From Deltaproteobacteria bacterium (GTDB lineage Bacteria; Myxococcota; Kuafuiibacteriia; Kuafuiibacteriales; Kuafuiibacteriaceae), in the NCBI GenBank assembly GCA_040218735.1, contig JAVJQW010000061.1:292768-356767 (forward strand): a DNA stretch of 64,000 bases, in the 5' to 3' direction. Below, piece after piece: positions 29,723 through 39,809 of the stretch (positions are counted from its first letter, which is position 1; the number at the start of each line of letters is the position of its first letter). The position numbers and the translations under genes were made by a program. The notes under the pieces were generated by a model, which was given only the letters and a program-made list of their open reading frames with translations, had not been told where the DNA came from and ran no database searches.

Positions 29723-30690
29723 CGTTCGTCTTCACGGGCCTCCTCGTCGGGGCGCTCTACGGGTACATCGCCAAGCGCGGCGCGTTCTGAATGAGCTCCG
29801 GCTTTCGCTTCGTGGTCACGAAGCGCGACACGACGAAGCTCGAGGCCTATCTCCTCGCGATCGCCGTGCAGATGATCCTCGTCCCGCCGCTCCTCCTCGT
29901 GATGGGCGTAGATCCGATCCATCCGTCGTTCTTCCCGGTCGGCGCAGTGGTGGGCGGGTTGTTGTTCGGGGCGTCGATGTCGGTGGCCGGTGGGTGCGCC
30001 GCGGGCGTGTGGTTCAAACTCGGCGGCGGGAGCCTCGAAGCCGGCGCGGCCGTCCTCGGGATGATCGTCGGCGCGGCGTCCTTGGAGGTGGGGCCACTCG
30101 CGTTCGTTCGGCGCACCCTCCACTCGGTGTCGGTGCCGTCGTTCGAGTTCGACGGTGCGCTCGCCGCGGTCAGCGTCGTCGCGGGTTTGGTGATCGCCGG
30201 GCTGCTGATGCGAGCGAAGGTCACGATGGCCGGCGACTGGACCTGGCGCCGGACGGGGCTGCTCGTGGGGCTGACGGGCGTGCTCGCGTGGCCGCTGTCG
30301 ATCGCCGCGGGGCGCCCGTTCGGGATGGCCGTCATCCCGGGCGCGGTGTCGCTGCTGTCACGCCCACTTGGCGTGAACTACGCGGCGTCAGCGTGGGACC
30401 TGTTGTTCGTCGTTGGGGTTCCGCTCGGCGGCCTCCTCGCTGTGCGCGGCCGTGCCGCCTTCACGGCGATGCCCACCCTTGGCGCGGCCGCGCGCCGGTT
30501 TGCGGGCGGCCTCGGCCTGGGCCTCGGCGCCTCACTCGCCGCCGGGTGCACCGTGGGCCATGGCCTGACGGGGCTCCCCCTCTTCGCCCCGGGCAGCGCT
30601 GTGACGATGCTCGCGATCTTCGCCGGAAGCGTCGCGGCGCCCGTCGCCGCGGCGTGGCGGCAGAAGGCGAAGGTGAGCGGGCGGGCTTGA
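29719..30690 (+). CDS. YeeE/YedE (TsuA-like) thiosulfate/selenium transporter, predicted selenoprotein (Sec24)
   Basis: GTG start overlaps the upstream stop (GTGA). Reads VTFVFTGLLVGALYGYIAKRGAF-TGA-MSSGFR, in frame with the 29791 ORF. GGCAAG and AGCTVG motifs follow; SECIS-like hairpin downstream. Confidence 0.85.
29793..29841 (+). promoter_or_regulatory. Bacterial SECIS element
   Basis: Upper stem CGCTTCGT (29806-13) / ACGAAGCG (29818-25), loop GGTC starting 24 nt after the TGA; lower stem GAGCT/AGCTC. Confidence 0.75.
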
Positions 30691-30700
30691 TCGGCCGACC

Positions 30701-30802
30701 GAGACCGATTCCGATTCCGAGGCCGATTCGGAGGCCGATTCCGAGGCCGATTCCGAGGCCGATTCCGAATCCGAGGCCGATTCCGATTCCGAGGCCGAAT
30801 CC
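30701..30802. repeat. Intergenic tandem repeat of 6/12-bp units (GAGGCCGATTCC)n
   Basis: Directly visible, with minor unit variants. Confidence 0.9.
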
Positions 30803-30951
30803 ATGGCCTCGACGGAGTCCGGGTCCGCGTCGAGCCCCCACCTCCCCAGGCGCCTCGACGCGCGCGCCCGTCACGGGCCCACCCGCCCGAAAGATTCCAT
30901 GGCCTGGCGATCCACGGCGCTCCGTCGAGCGTACCGATCCCGAGGTCCCCC

Positions 30952-31395
30952 ATGCGCCCCGACGAGCTCACCCGCCGCCTTGGATTCCACGCCGCCCTGC
31001 TCTTCGCGATCGGGGCGTTGACCGGCCTGCTGCTGGCGGGCGCCGCGACCGGGGTGCTGCCGGCGGAGACGGACGCCGTCCTCGCCGCTCACCTCAACGC
31101 GATCCTCGGGACGTTCCTCCTTCTCGGGTTGGCGTTCACGTCGCGGCACTGGTGTCTGTCTGAGCGCGGTCGACGCGCGCTCGTCTTTGCGTTCCTCGTC
31201 TCGAGCTACGCGAACTGGGCGGTGACGCTCACGAAGGCCTTCCTGCACGTGCGTGGGCTCGAGATCAGCGGCAACGTCACGAACGACGCGATCGCGGGGC
31301 TGCTCACGCTCTTCGTCGCCGTGCCGACGCTCGTCGGCGCCGCGCTGTGGACGTTTGCGATGCGCAAGCCGATCGCCGCCGTCGCCGCGAGCTGA
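30952..31395 (+). CDS. Hydroxylaminobenzene mutase / styrene-oxide isomerase-like membrane protein
   Basis: Four TM helices; LLFAIGALTG, AAHLNAI, SYANW. Confidence 0.55.
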   Translation: MRPDELTRRLGFHAALLFAIGALTGLLLAGAATGVLPAETDAVLAAHLNAILGTFLLLGLAFTSRHWCLSERGRRALVFAFLVSSYANWAVTLTKAFLHVRGLEISGNVTNDAIAGLLTLFVAVPTLVGAALWTFAMRKPIAAVAAS

Positions 31396-31432
31396 GGCTT
31401 GTCCTCGAACCGCGCGCGATCGATACCGGGGC

Positions 31433-34400
31433 ATGGCTCCGCCTCGCCTGCTGCTCGACGCGCTCGGCCTCGTCGAGGCCGCCGACGCCCTGGAGACCGC
31501 GGCGACGGTGCGCTTCCTCCGTCCGAACGGTGACACGACGAAGGCGGACGTCTGGCTCGTCCGAGACGCCGACCGCGTCTGGCTCGCAGCGGCGAGCAAA
31601 CGCGGCGCCTGGTCCGTGGAGGCCCGCGACGCCGAAGACGCCGAGCTCCGACGCGCACTCACCCGCGACACGGTGACCGTCGCGGGCTACACCGCGCCGC
31701 TCCGCCGCCGAACGTCCGACGCCGCGCAGTCGATCCTCACCGCATTCATCGAGGCCACGCGCGAAACGTCCAAAACCGGTCGGAGCGCAGACGACGCTGG
31801 AGCCGAAGCCAACGCCACCGCCCTAGCCAACGCCACCGCCCCAGCTAACGCCACCGCCCCATCCGAAGCCACCGCCCCGGCTAACGCCACCGCCCCAGCC
31901 AACGCCACCGGCCCCGCCGAAGCCACCGCCCCCGCCGAAGCCAACGCCCCTTCCGAAGCCAACGCCCCATCCGAAGCCACCGCCACAGCCAAAGCCACCG
32001 ACCTGGCCGACCCCAACGCCACCGCAGAAGCCGCCGGACCTGCCGACGCCCCGGAACGGGCCCCAGCCACCGAAGCTCCCGAAGCCACCGGCCCCCGTGG
32101 CTTGGCGGACACTCCAAAGGCGGCGACCACGAACCACTCGGCGCCCCCCGCGTTCCTCGACGTGGCCCCGTGGTGGTCCCACGTCCCCGCCGTCGAGGGC
32201 GACCCGTGGCTGTTCGCGGTCGTCACGCGCTCCACGCTGCCGTTCGTCGACGCCCGGTTCGGCGTCGTCGACATCCCGCTCGCCGTCGCCGTGAGCGAGC
32301 GCTCGCTGCACCTCGCGGCGTACCACGCGCGCTCGGCGCCGCGCGCCCGATGGGCACTCGACGGCTTCGACATCGTCGAGTCCGCGGAACACGTCATCGC
32401 GGCCTGCGCGCTCGAGGGCGAAGTCGAGCACATCGCGAAGCTCGGACGCGACGAGCTCCGTATTGGCCCGTGGCGGCTGTCGCTGGACGATGACGACGCG
32501 GTCGCGCTCGCCACCGTCGCGAAGCTCGACGGCGAAGCAAGACTCGCGTGGTTGCTCGAACACGCCCTCACCCGCCGTGACCCACGCGCCGCCGAGGCCT
32601 ACGTCGAACACATCGTGCACCGGCTGAGCCTCGACCCCGGCGGCGCCGCCCCCTCAACCCCCCGATGGCCGATCCACGCCGCGCCGGCGCTCGCGGCGCT
32701 CGACCTCGCGACCGAGCGCTTCGACGATGCGCTCGCGCTCCTCGCCCAGCCCGGCGTCGCGCTCGACGCGCGCGCCGACGTCCTGCGCCTCGCCGAGCAC
32801 GCGGCAGCGACCCTCGACGACGCGCTCCGCGATCGCCTCTCGATCGTCCCGTCCCCTCCGCCCGCCGCACCGCCGCGCGACTTCGTGTGGCCGCCCGAGA
32901 GCGCCGACGTCCTGTGGAGCGCCGCCGCAGCGCTGCAAGGGCGCGTGGAGGACGCCGTCGCCTACCTCGAGTCCGTCCCCGAACCGGAGCGCACCCACGC
33001 CCGCCTCGCGATCGAGGCCAACGTGGACGAAGGTGTGGTGTCGATCGACGCGTGGCGCGAGGTCGCCGAAGCGTTCGCGGCCACGGGCGCCTTCGATCGC
33101 GCCGCCACCATCACCGCGCGCGCCATCGAGCGCTCACCGACGGCGGCGCTATACGTACGCGCCGCCGGGTGGCGCTGGCGCGATGGTCAGACCGACGCCG
33201 CCTGCGACGCGATCGAAGCCGCGGCCGAAGCCGATCCCACCGCGGAAGAGCTCGCGTGGCTCGTCGCTGCCGTCGCACCGGCCGAGCGCGCCGAACCCTC
33301 CGTGGCCGAACGGCTCCTCGGGAAGATCGTGGAGATGACCAAGGGCGCCTCCGCGGATCCGCTCGAGGCGTTCGTCGAGCGCCTCACGGAGCGCGGGCAT
33401 TCGCGCGTCGCGGCGAAGCTCCTCGTCGAGCACGCGTTCTTCGGACTCGTCGACGACACCGTCCTGGACGCCGCCGCCACGCGCTGCGCCGGAGCGCTCG
33501 ACGCCCCCCACGAAGCGGCGCTCCTCGTCGAAGCCCTCGCGCGGCGCGCCGACGAACGCGAAGAGGAAACCGGTCCGCACTGGCTCCGCGCCGCCGCGTA
33601 TCGCGCGCGCGCCGACGAACACGCGGTCGCCACGCACGACCTCGCCTGCGCGATCGCCGCCGACTTCCTCCGCCCCGCCACTTACCGCGCCGCGCTCACG
33701 ACCGACCGTGTCGCGCTCCCGAGCGACGTCGAAGCCTGGTGGCGCCACCTCCTCGCGAGCCTCGAAGGAGACTCCGCGGAGCGCTCCCCGATCGGCGCTG
33801 CACCCAAGCTCGACGCCAACACGCTCGACACGCTCCACCCCGGAGGCGTCGGCTGGCTCGACCAGCTCCGGCAGGCGGTGCAGGAGGTCGAGCCACCGAG
33901 TCACGCTTCACTGACGCGCGGCCTCGAACGACTCTCCGCCGAGCGACACCCCGAGACCGCAGCAACGATCGACGATCTCTGCCGCGCGCTCGGCATCGCC
34001 CAGCCGGACTGCTTCCTCTATCGCGGCGACGACGCGCACGGCGTCTGCGTCTGGCCGATCGACAAGCCGGTACTCCTCCTCGGCCACCGCCACCTCGAGC
34101 CCGGCCCGTTCGAGCTTGCCGCGGATGCGCTCCGCTTCGTCATCGGCGTCGAGCTCACACACTTGGCCTGCCGCCACCCCCTGCTGTCGTTCGAAGCCGA
34201 CTTCCTCGGCACGAGCCACTCCGTCTACCAACAGTTCGGCCGCTACGCCGGCGCCGCCGAGACCCTCGTCGACGTGGTGACGATGCTCCCGGGTGTCGAC
34301 CAAGTCGCGAAGCTCCAACGCATCGTGAAGCTCTCTCGCCGGGTGTTCACGGCGAAGTCGGCCGTCGACAAGGTCGGCTCCCTCGCGGCCCCGCTCACGA

Positions 34401-34723
34401 AGCTGTTCGGCGACGGCGCCGACGGACCGCGCGGCATCGGGCGCAACGCGATGGCCGGCGCCGCCCTGCAATTCCGCATGCAGGCCGACCGCGCCGCCCT
34501 GCTCCTGACGCCCGACTTCGTCACCGCGGTCGACGCGCTCCTCGCTGCATCCGGACGCGCCGCCGACGACCGACGCGCGATCCTCGAGCGGGGCCTCGCG
34601 GCCGCGTTGGAGTCCGACGCGCTCGAGGGGCCGGAGAAGCTCCGCATCAGCGCGCTCGCCGAGTTCGCGGCCAAGCAGATGCCGTTCGCTCCGAGCGCGC
34701 GCGGCATGGAAAACGCGACCTGA
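31433..34723 (+). CDS. Large hypothetical protein: Ala-rich hexapeptide repeats, TPR-like helices, degenerate M48-like C-terminus
   Basis: ANATAP/SEATAP repeats; LRFVIGVELTHL; ADRAALL. Confidence 0.5.
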   Translation: MAPPRLLLDALGLVEAADALETAATVRFLRPNGDTTKADVWLVRDADRVWLAAASKRGAWSVEARDAEDAELRRALTRDTVTVAGYTAPLRRRTSDAAQSILTAFIEATRETSKTGRSADDAGAEANATALANATAPANATAPSEATAPANATAPANATGPAEATAPAEANAPSEANAPSEATATAKATDLADPNATAEAAGPADAPERAPATEAPEATGPRGLADTPKAATTNHSAPPAFLDVAPWWSHVPAVEGDPWLFAVVTRSTLPFVDARFGVVDIPLAVAVSERSLHLAAYHARSAPRARWALDGFDIVESAEHVIAACALEGEVEHIAKLGRDELRIGPWRLSLDDDDAVALATVAKLDGEARLAWLLEHALTRRDPRAAEAYVEHIVHRLSLDPGGAAPSTPRWPIHAAPALAALDLATERFDDALALLAQPGVALDARADVLRLAEHAAATLDDALRDRLSIVPSPPPAAPPRDFVWPPESADVLWSAAAALQGRVEDAVAYLESVPEPERTHARLAIEANVDEGVVSIDAWREVAEAFAATGAFDRAATITARAIERSPTAALYVRAAGWRWRDGQTDAACDAIEAAAEADPTAEELAWLVAAVAPAERAEPSVAERLLGKIVEMTKGASADPLEAFVERLTERGHSRVAAKLLVEHAFFGLVDDTVLDAAATRCAGALDAPHEAALLVEALARRADEREEETGPHWLRAAAYRARADEHAVATHDLACAIAADFLRPATYRAALTTDRVALPSDVEAWWRHLLASLEGDSAERSPIGAAPKLDANTLDTLHPGGVGWLDQLRQAVQEVEPPSHASLTRGLERLSAERHPETAATIDDLCRALGIAQPDCFLYRGDDAHGVCVWPIDKPVLLLGHRHLEPGPFELAADALRFVIGVELTHLACRHPLLSFEADFLGTSHSVYQQFGRYAGAAETLVDVVTMLPGVDQVAKLQRIVKLSRRVFTAKSAVDKVGSLAAPLTKLFGDGADGPRGIGRNAMAGAALQFRMQADRAALLLTPDFVTAVDALLAASGRAADDRRAILERGLAAALESDALEGPEKLRISALAEFAAKQMPFAPSARGMENAT
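31802..32090 (+). repeat. Intragenic 18-bp repeats encoding (A/S)(N/E)ATAP
   Basis: GCCAACGCCACCGCCCCA-type units in tandem. Confidence 0.8.
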
Positions 34724-34750
34724 CCGACCCCCGGAGGGGTACAACCGGCC

Positions 34751-35584
34751 ATGCTCCGCACACACGTTGGCGCCCTCGTTGCCGCGCTCCTCGTCACGGG
34801 TGTGACCCAGCGCGCCGACGCGCTGTCGTGTACACCGTGCGGCTGGGTCGACACCCCGCGCGTGCTCGATTCACTCCCGGAGAACTTCGAGATCCGCTTC
34901 GCCGGGGACGGCAACAAGATCGCGCCCGAGGCCCCCGTGCTCGCCGCGACCGGGACCGCGTCGGTCGCGCTGACCTGCACACGGATCGCACACCTCGACG
35001 GCTTCCGATTCCGCTGCCGCCCCGCGACGCCGCTCGTCGCGGGGATGACCTACGACCTCACGTACCCCTCTTGGTTCACGTCGATGCCCGTCCGCGTCGC
35101 GGCCTCCGCGGACCACACGGCCCCCGAGGCGCCATCGCTGACGGCGGTCACGCGCGTGATGGAGACCGACGCCGAGACGTTCCCGAACCTGCCGCGGACG
35201 GGGTTCCTCCTCGCGCTCGACACGGCGGAGGCAATCACCCTCGCGGCCTTCGAGGTCGGCGTCACCCCCGCGGGCGGTACGGAGTCGATCTTCTCCGGTG
35301 CGGCGCAGTCCGCTGCCCAGGGTGTGGAGGTCTTCCTCGGGTTCCAGGGCTGCACGTGCAGCGCGTTCTCGAGCGCCTTGCTCGAACAAGAGGTCGCGAT
35401 TCGAGTCCGGGTCGTCGACGCCGCCGGCAACGTCGGCGCCTGGTCGACCTCCATCGAGAGCGAGCCGCCGGCCCTCGAAGGCGACGGCGGTTGCACCTGC
35501 GTCGGCGGGAGCACAGCGCACCCCGCCGGGTTCGTCTTGGCGCTCGGCGTGGTGGCCGCGCTCAGCCGACGCCGCCGCCCTTGA
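34751..35584 (+). CDS. Secreted MYXO-CTERM protein
   Basis: Signal peptide ADA-LSC; C-terminal GCTC...VVAALSRRRRP. Confidence 0.65.
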   Translation: MLRTHVGALVAALLVTGVTQRADALSCTPCGWVDTPRVLDSLPENFEIRFAGDGNKIAPEAPVLAATGTASVALTCTRIAHLDGFRFRCRPATPLVAGMTYDLTYPSWFTSMPVRVAASADHTAPEAPSLTAVTRVMETDAETFPNLPRTGFLLALDTAEAITLAAFEVGVTPAGGTESIFSGAAQSAAQGVEVFLGFQGCTCSAFSSALLEQEVAIRVRVVDAAGNVGAWSTSIESEPPALEGDGGCTCVGGSTAHPAGFVLALGVVAALSRRRRP

Positions 35585-36050
35585 TGTACTCCACGAGCTG
35601 GGTGACCACCGTGCCCCAGCCTTCCGCGAAGCCCATCTCCTCGTGCTGCTTGCGGCCGTCCGGATCCGAGTGCATCGCGATCGCGGTGTACTTCGTGCCG
35701 GTGTCGGTCGGCTCGAACGTCAGCGCCGCCGTGAAGTGAAAGCCGGGACCGTCGGGGGCCGGCTGCGGGCGGAACTCCGGCAGCAGCGCGCTGGTCCAGA
35801 CCAACCGCTTCTCGGGGACGACCTCGAGGTAACAACCCGTGTTCGGCATCTCTTGGCCCTCGGGGGATCGCATCACCGTGAAGAACTTCCCGCCGGGGCG
35901 CAGATCGATCTCACACCGCGGCACGGTCCACGGCTTCGGCACGAACCAGTGCACGACGTGCTCCGGCTCGGTCCACGCGCGCCACACGAGCGAGGTCGGC
36001 ACGTCGAGGACGCGCTCCAGCTTGAGGTCGAGTTTGGGGTCGAAAGTCAT
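35562..36050 (-). CDS. SRPBCC (Aha1/CalC-like) family protein
   Basis: LERVLDVP..LVWRAWTEPE..WF.P; DLRPGG; HEEMGFAEGW. Confidence 0.85.
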   Translation of the reverse strand: MTFDPKLDLKLERVLDVPTSLVWRAWTEPEHVVHWFVPKPWTVPRCEIDLRPGGKFFTVMRSPEGQEMPNTGCYLEVVPEKRLVWTSALLPEFRPQPAPDGPGFHFTAALTFEPTDTGTKYTAIAMHSDPDGRKQHEEMGFAEGWGTVVTQLVEYIKGGGVG

Positions 36051-36424
36051 TTCTTCTTCTTCTCCGTTTTGCCGGCGCCTTGCGCCGACTGCTTGGCGAG
36101 CCCTTCGACGTACGCGTCGAACCGATCCAGGCGCTGCTCCCACTGCCGGCGCTGCACGCCGAGCCACCCTTCGGCGGCCTCCAGGGGGCCCTGCGCCATG
36201 CGGTAGGTCCGTACACGGCCCGTCTTCTCCGACCGCACGAGCCCGGATCGTTCGAGGACGTCGAGGTGCTGCAGAAACGATGGCAGCGCCATGTCGAAGG
36301 GTGCCGCGAGCTCGCTCACCGGGGCCGCGCCACCGGTGAGGCGCTCCACCACCGCCCGACGCGTCGGGTGGGCGAGCGCCTTGAACACGAGGTCGAGGTC
36401 CGCCTTCGCCATTTGCTTAGCCAT
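36047..36424 (-). CDS. ArsR-family transcriptional regulator
   Basis: VFKALAHPTRR...LPSFLQHLDVLERSGLV.SEKTGR; overlaps the SRPBCC start. Confidence 0.88.
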   Translation of the reverse strand: MAKQMAKADLDLVFKALAHPTRRAVVERLTGGAAPVSELAAPFDMALPSFLQHLDVLERSGLVRSEKTGRVRTYRMAQGPLEAAEGWLGVQRRQWEQRLDRFDAYVEGLAKQSAQGAGKTEKKKK

Positions 36425-36469
36425 CAACCTAACTATTACGCGACACCAAAAACCTAGGTCAATGGCTAA
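36417..36469. promoter_or_regulatory. Two related operator-like boxes upstream of ArsR
   Basis: TTAGCCATCAACCTAA (36417-32) and an inverted near-copy CTAGGTCAATGGCTAA (36454-69), which contains TTGACC on the minus strand. Confidence 0.5.
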
Positions 36470-36590
36470 CTTTCAAGACGAGGCGAATCGGCGCCCGAGG
36501 CGGCCGACGAGCGCACCTCGGCGATGACCGCCGATGCGTAGGTGGAATGGAATGGGACGGAGGAGCGCCCGCGAACGCGGGCACCCTGGC

Positions 36591-37019
36591 CTACTCGGCG
36601 GCTTCGTCGCCGACGGCGGCGGGCTCGAAGCCCACGAACTCGATGAAGCTCATCGGGGCGTTGTCGCCCTTACGCGGTCCGATCTTGATGACCCGCGTGT
36701 AACCACCGGGGCGCTGCTTGAAGCGCTCCGCGAGCTCGCCGAAGAGCTGGTCGACGACCTTCTCCACACGCGACGAATCCTCGCCGATCGCCTTCTTCCC
36801 CGAGCCACCGAGCTGCGAGTAGACCTGCCGCTTGGCGTCCGAGGTGCCCTTCTTGCCGAGCGTCACGAGGCGGTCCGCCACGCGGCGCAGGTCCTTGGCC
36901 TTGGCGTCGGTCGTCTTGATGCGGCCGTTCTCGATCAGCGCCATGGCGAGGTTGTTGAACATCGCCTTGCGGTGCGAGGCCGTCCGCGAAAACTTCCGAA
37001 ATGCATTCCTGTGTCGCAT
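36591..37019 (-). CDS. rplQ: 50S ribosomal protein L17
   Basis: MRHR...RTASHRKAM...RPGGYTR. Confidence 0.97.
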   Translation of the reverse strand: MRHRNAFRKFSRTASHRKAMFNNLAMALIENGRIKTTDAKAKDLRRVADRLVTLGKKGTSDAKRQVYSQLGGSGKKAIGEDSSRVEKVVDQLFGELAERFKQRPGGYTRVIKIGPRKGDNAPMSFIEFVGFEPAAVGDEAAE

Positions 37020-37031
37020 GACCCGACTCCC

Positions 37032-38039
<1,008 letters not shown>

Positions 38040-38090
38040 ACCTTCTCCTCACGCACCACTCGTCGCTCGAAGCGACGCACCTCTCGTGCG

Positions 38091-38126
38091 AAGAAAAGAG
38101 GCCGGCGCCCGTGAGGGTGCCGGCCT
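38091..38126 (-). terminator. Intrinsic terminator-like hairpin between rpsK and rpoA
   Basis: AGGCCGGCGCCC-GTGA-GGGTGCCGGCCT, followed on the minus strand by CTTTTCTT. Confidence 0.55.
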
Positions 38127-38144
38127 GGTTTCAAAGACTGTTTT

Positions 38145-38534
38145 CTAGACGCGACGCCGCTTCGGCGGCCGGCACCCGTTGTGCGGCAGGGGCGTCACGT
38201 CCTTCACGAGCGTGACCTTGATGCCCGCCGCGGCGACCGCGCGGAGCGCGGCCTCACGACCCGAACCCGGACCGTTCACGAGCACGATCGCCGTGCGCAT
38301 GCCGTTGTCCATCGCGATGCGCGCCGCGTCGTCCGCCGCGACCTGCGCCGCGAACGGCGTCGACTTACGCGACCCGCGGAAGCCTTTGCTCCCCGCGGAG
38401 CTCCACGAGATGGCGTTGCCCGCCATGTCCGTGAACGTGATGATCGTGTTGTTGAACGTCGCCTGGATGTGGACGATGCCACTCGGGATGTTCTTCTTGG
38501 CCTTCTTCTTCTGGCCGGCTTTCGGGTTCGCCAT
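38145..38534 (-). CDS. rpsK: 30S ribosomal protein S11
   Basis: ATFNNTI; RKSTPFAAQ; [13 protein letters not shown]. Confidence 0.98.
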   Translation of the reverse strand: MANPKAGQKKKAKKNIPSGIVHIQATFNNTIITFTDMAGNAISWSSAGSKGFRGSRKSTPFAAQVAADDAARIAMDNGMRTAIVLVNGPGSGREAALRAVAAAGIKVTLVKDVTPLPHNGCRPPKRRRV

Positions 38535-38551
38535 CGCTCAGGGTCCTCGCC

Positions 38552-38917
38552 TTACTTCTTCTTGATGCTGCCCTTGCGAGGGCCCTTGCGCGTGCGCGCG
38601 TTCGTGTGCGTGCGCTGACCGCGAACCGGAAGCCCACGGCGGTGACGAATCCCCCGGTAACAACCGAGGTCCATCAGACGCTTGATGTTCATCGAGATGT
38701 CGCGACGGAGATCACCTTCGACCTTGTACTCGGTCTCCAGGATCTCACGAATCTTCGCGACCTCGGCCTCCGACGCCTCGTCGGAGTTACGGTCGAACGG
38801 GATGTCCGCCTTCTCGAGGACTTCGCGCGAGATGGCCGGCCCTACGCCGTAGATGTACGTGAGCGCGATGCCCATCTGCTTGTTGCGCGGCAGGTCGACG
38901 CCAGCAATACGTGCCAC
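38552..38917 (-). CDS. rpsM: 30S ribosomal protein S13
   Basis: ARIAGVDLP; [18 protein letters not shown]. Confidence 0.98.
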   Translation of the reverse strand: MARIAGVDLPRNKQMGIALTYIYGVGPAISREVLEKADIPFDRNSDEASEAEVAKIREILETEYKVEGDLRRDISMNIKRLMDLGCYRGIRHRRGLPVRGQRTHTNARTRKGPRKGSIKKK

Positions 38918-38930
38918 AGTTCGTTACCTC

Positions 38931-39047
38931 TTAGCCCTGCCGCTGCTTGTGGCTGGGCGTCTCCTTGCAGATGACGCGGACGACGCCACGCCGACGAATG
39001 ATCTTGCACTTCGCGCACATCTTCTTGACCGACGTTCGCACCTTCAT
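38931..39047 (-). CDS. rpmJ: 50S ribosomal protein L36 (Zn-binding form); not in ORF track
   Basis: Manual translation: [38 protein letters not shown]. Confidence 0.97.
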   Translation of the reverse strand: MKVRTSVKKMCAKCKIIRRRGVVRVICKETPSHKQRQG

Positions 39048-39137
39048 CGCACTACACCTTTCGAAATCGAAACCGGGATGGGCTACCACAAGGGGTCCAA
39101 GGCCCAAACCAAAAAATCGTCTTCCCCGCTAACGGGG

Positions 39138-39797
39138 TCAGGCCTCCACGATCCGGCCGATCGCCTCGAACACCGCATCCGGCGTTCCCAGACCATCGAC
39201 GCGGGCCACGAGACCCTGCGCTTCGTAATGGGGAATCACGGCGCCCGTCTGGCTGTGGAAGGCGTCGAGACGAACCCGCACCTTCTCCTCCGTGTCGTCC
39301 GCGCGCTGGTACAGCGCCTCGGCCCCGCAGTTGTCACAGACGCCGTCCTTCGCGGGCGGCGAAAACTTCACGTGATACACCGTGCCGCACTCCTTACAAG
39401 AGCGGCGCCCGGTGATGCGCTCCACGATGGCGTCGTCCGGCACCGCGATGACGATGACCTTCGACAACGAGGAACCGTTCTTCGCAAGCATCGCGTCGAG
39501 CGCCTCCGCCTGCGCGACCGTGCGCGGGAAGCCATCGAGCACGAAGCCCGCCTTCGTGTCGTCCTCGGCGAGGCGCGCCTCGATGATCCCGACGATCAGC
39601 TCGTCGGGCACCAGCTTGCCCTCGTCCATGAACGCCTGAGCCTGCTTCCCGAGCGGCGTCCCCTCGCGCTTCGCCGCGCGGAGGATGTCGCCCGTGGAGA
39701 TCTGCGGCAGCTGGTACTTCTCCTCGAGCCGCTTCGCCTGCGTGCCCTTACCGGAGCCCGGCGCGCCGACCAGGATCAGATTGCGAGGTGACGTCAT
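39138..39797 (-). CDS. adk: Adenylate kinase (Zn-lid)
   Basis: GAPGSGKGTQA; LDGFPRT; CKEC...CDNC. Confidence 0.97.
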   Translation of the reverse strand: MTSPRNLILVGAPGSGKGTQAKRLEEKYQLPQISTGDILRAAKREGTPLGKQAQAFMDEGKLVPDELIVGIIEARLAEDDTKAGFVLDGFPRTVAQAEALDAMLAKNGSSLSKVIVIAVPDDAIVERITGRRSCKECGTVYHVKFSPPAKDGVCDNCGAEALYQRADDTEEKVRVRLDAFHSQTGAVIPHYEAQGLVARVDGLGTPDAVFEAIGRIVEA

Positions 39798-39809
39798 CGA
39801 GGAGGTCTC

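Noticed and set aside
29791-30690. YeeE ORF starting at ATG 29791 as given in the track, or a nonsense pseudogene
   Set aside because: It would lack TM1 and the RxxF(C) motif. The coupled upstream start and the SECIS-like hairpin favour Sec readthrough.
30701-30802. Possible CRISPR array or short ORFs (DSASES.., GIGLG..)
   Set aside because: No spacers and no cas genes; the ORFs are translations of a simple repeat.
31802-32090. Repeated N-A-T sequons as N-glycosylation sites
   Set aside because: The protein has no evident signal peptide, so export is unsupported.
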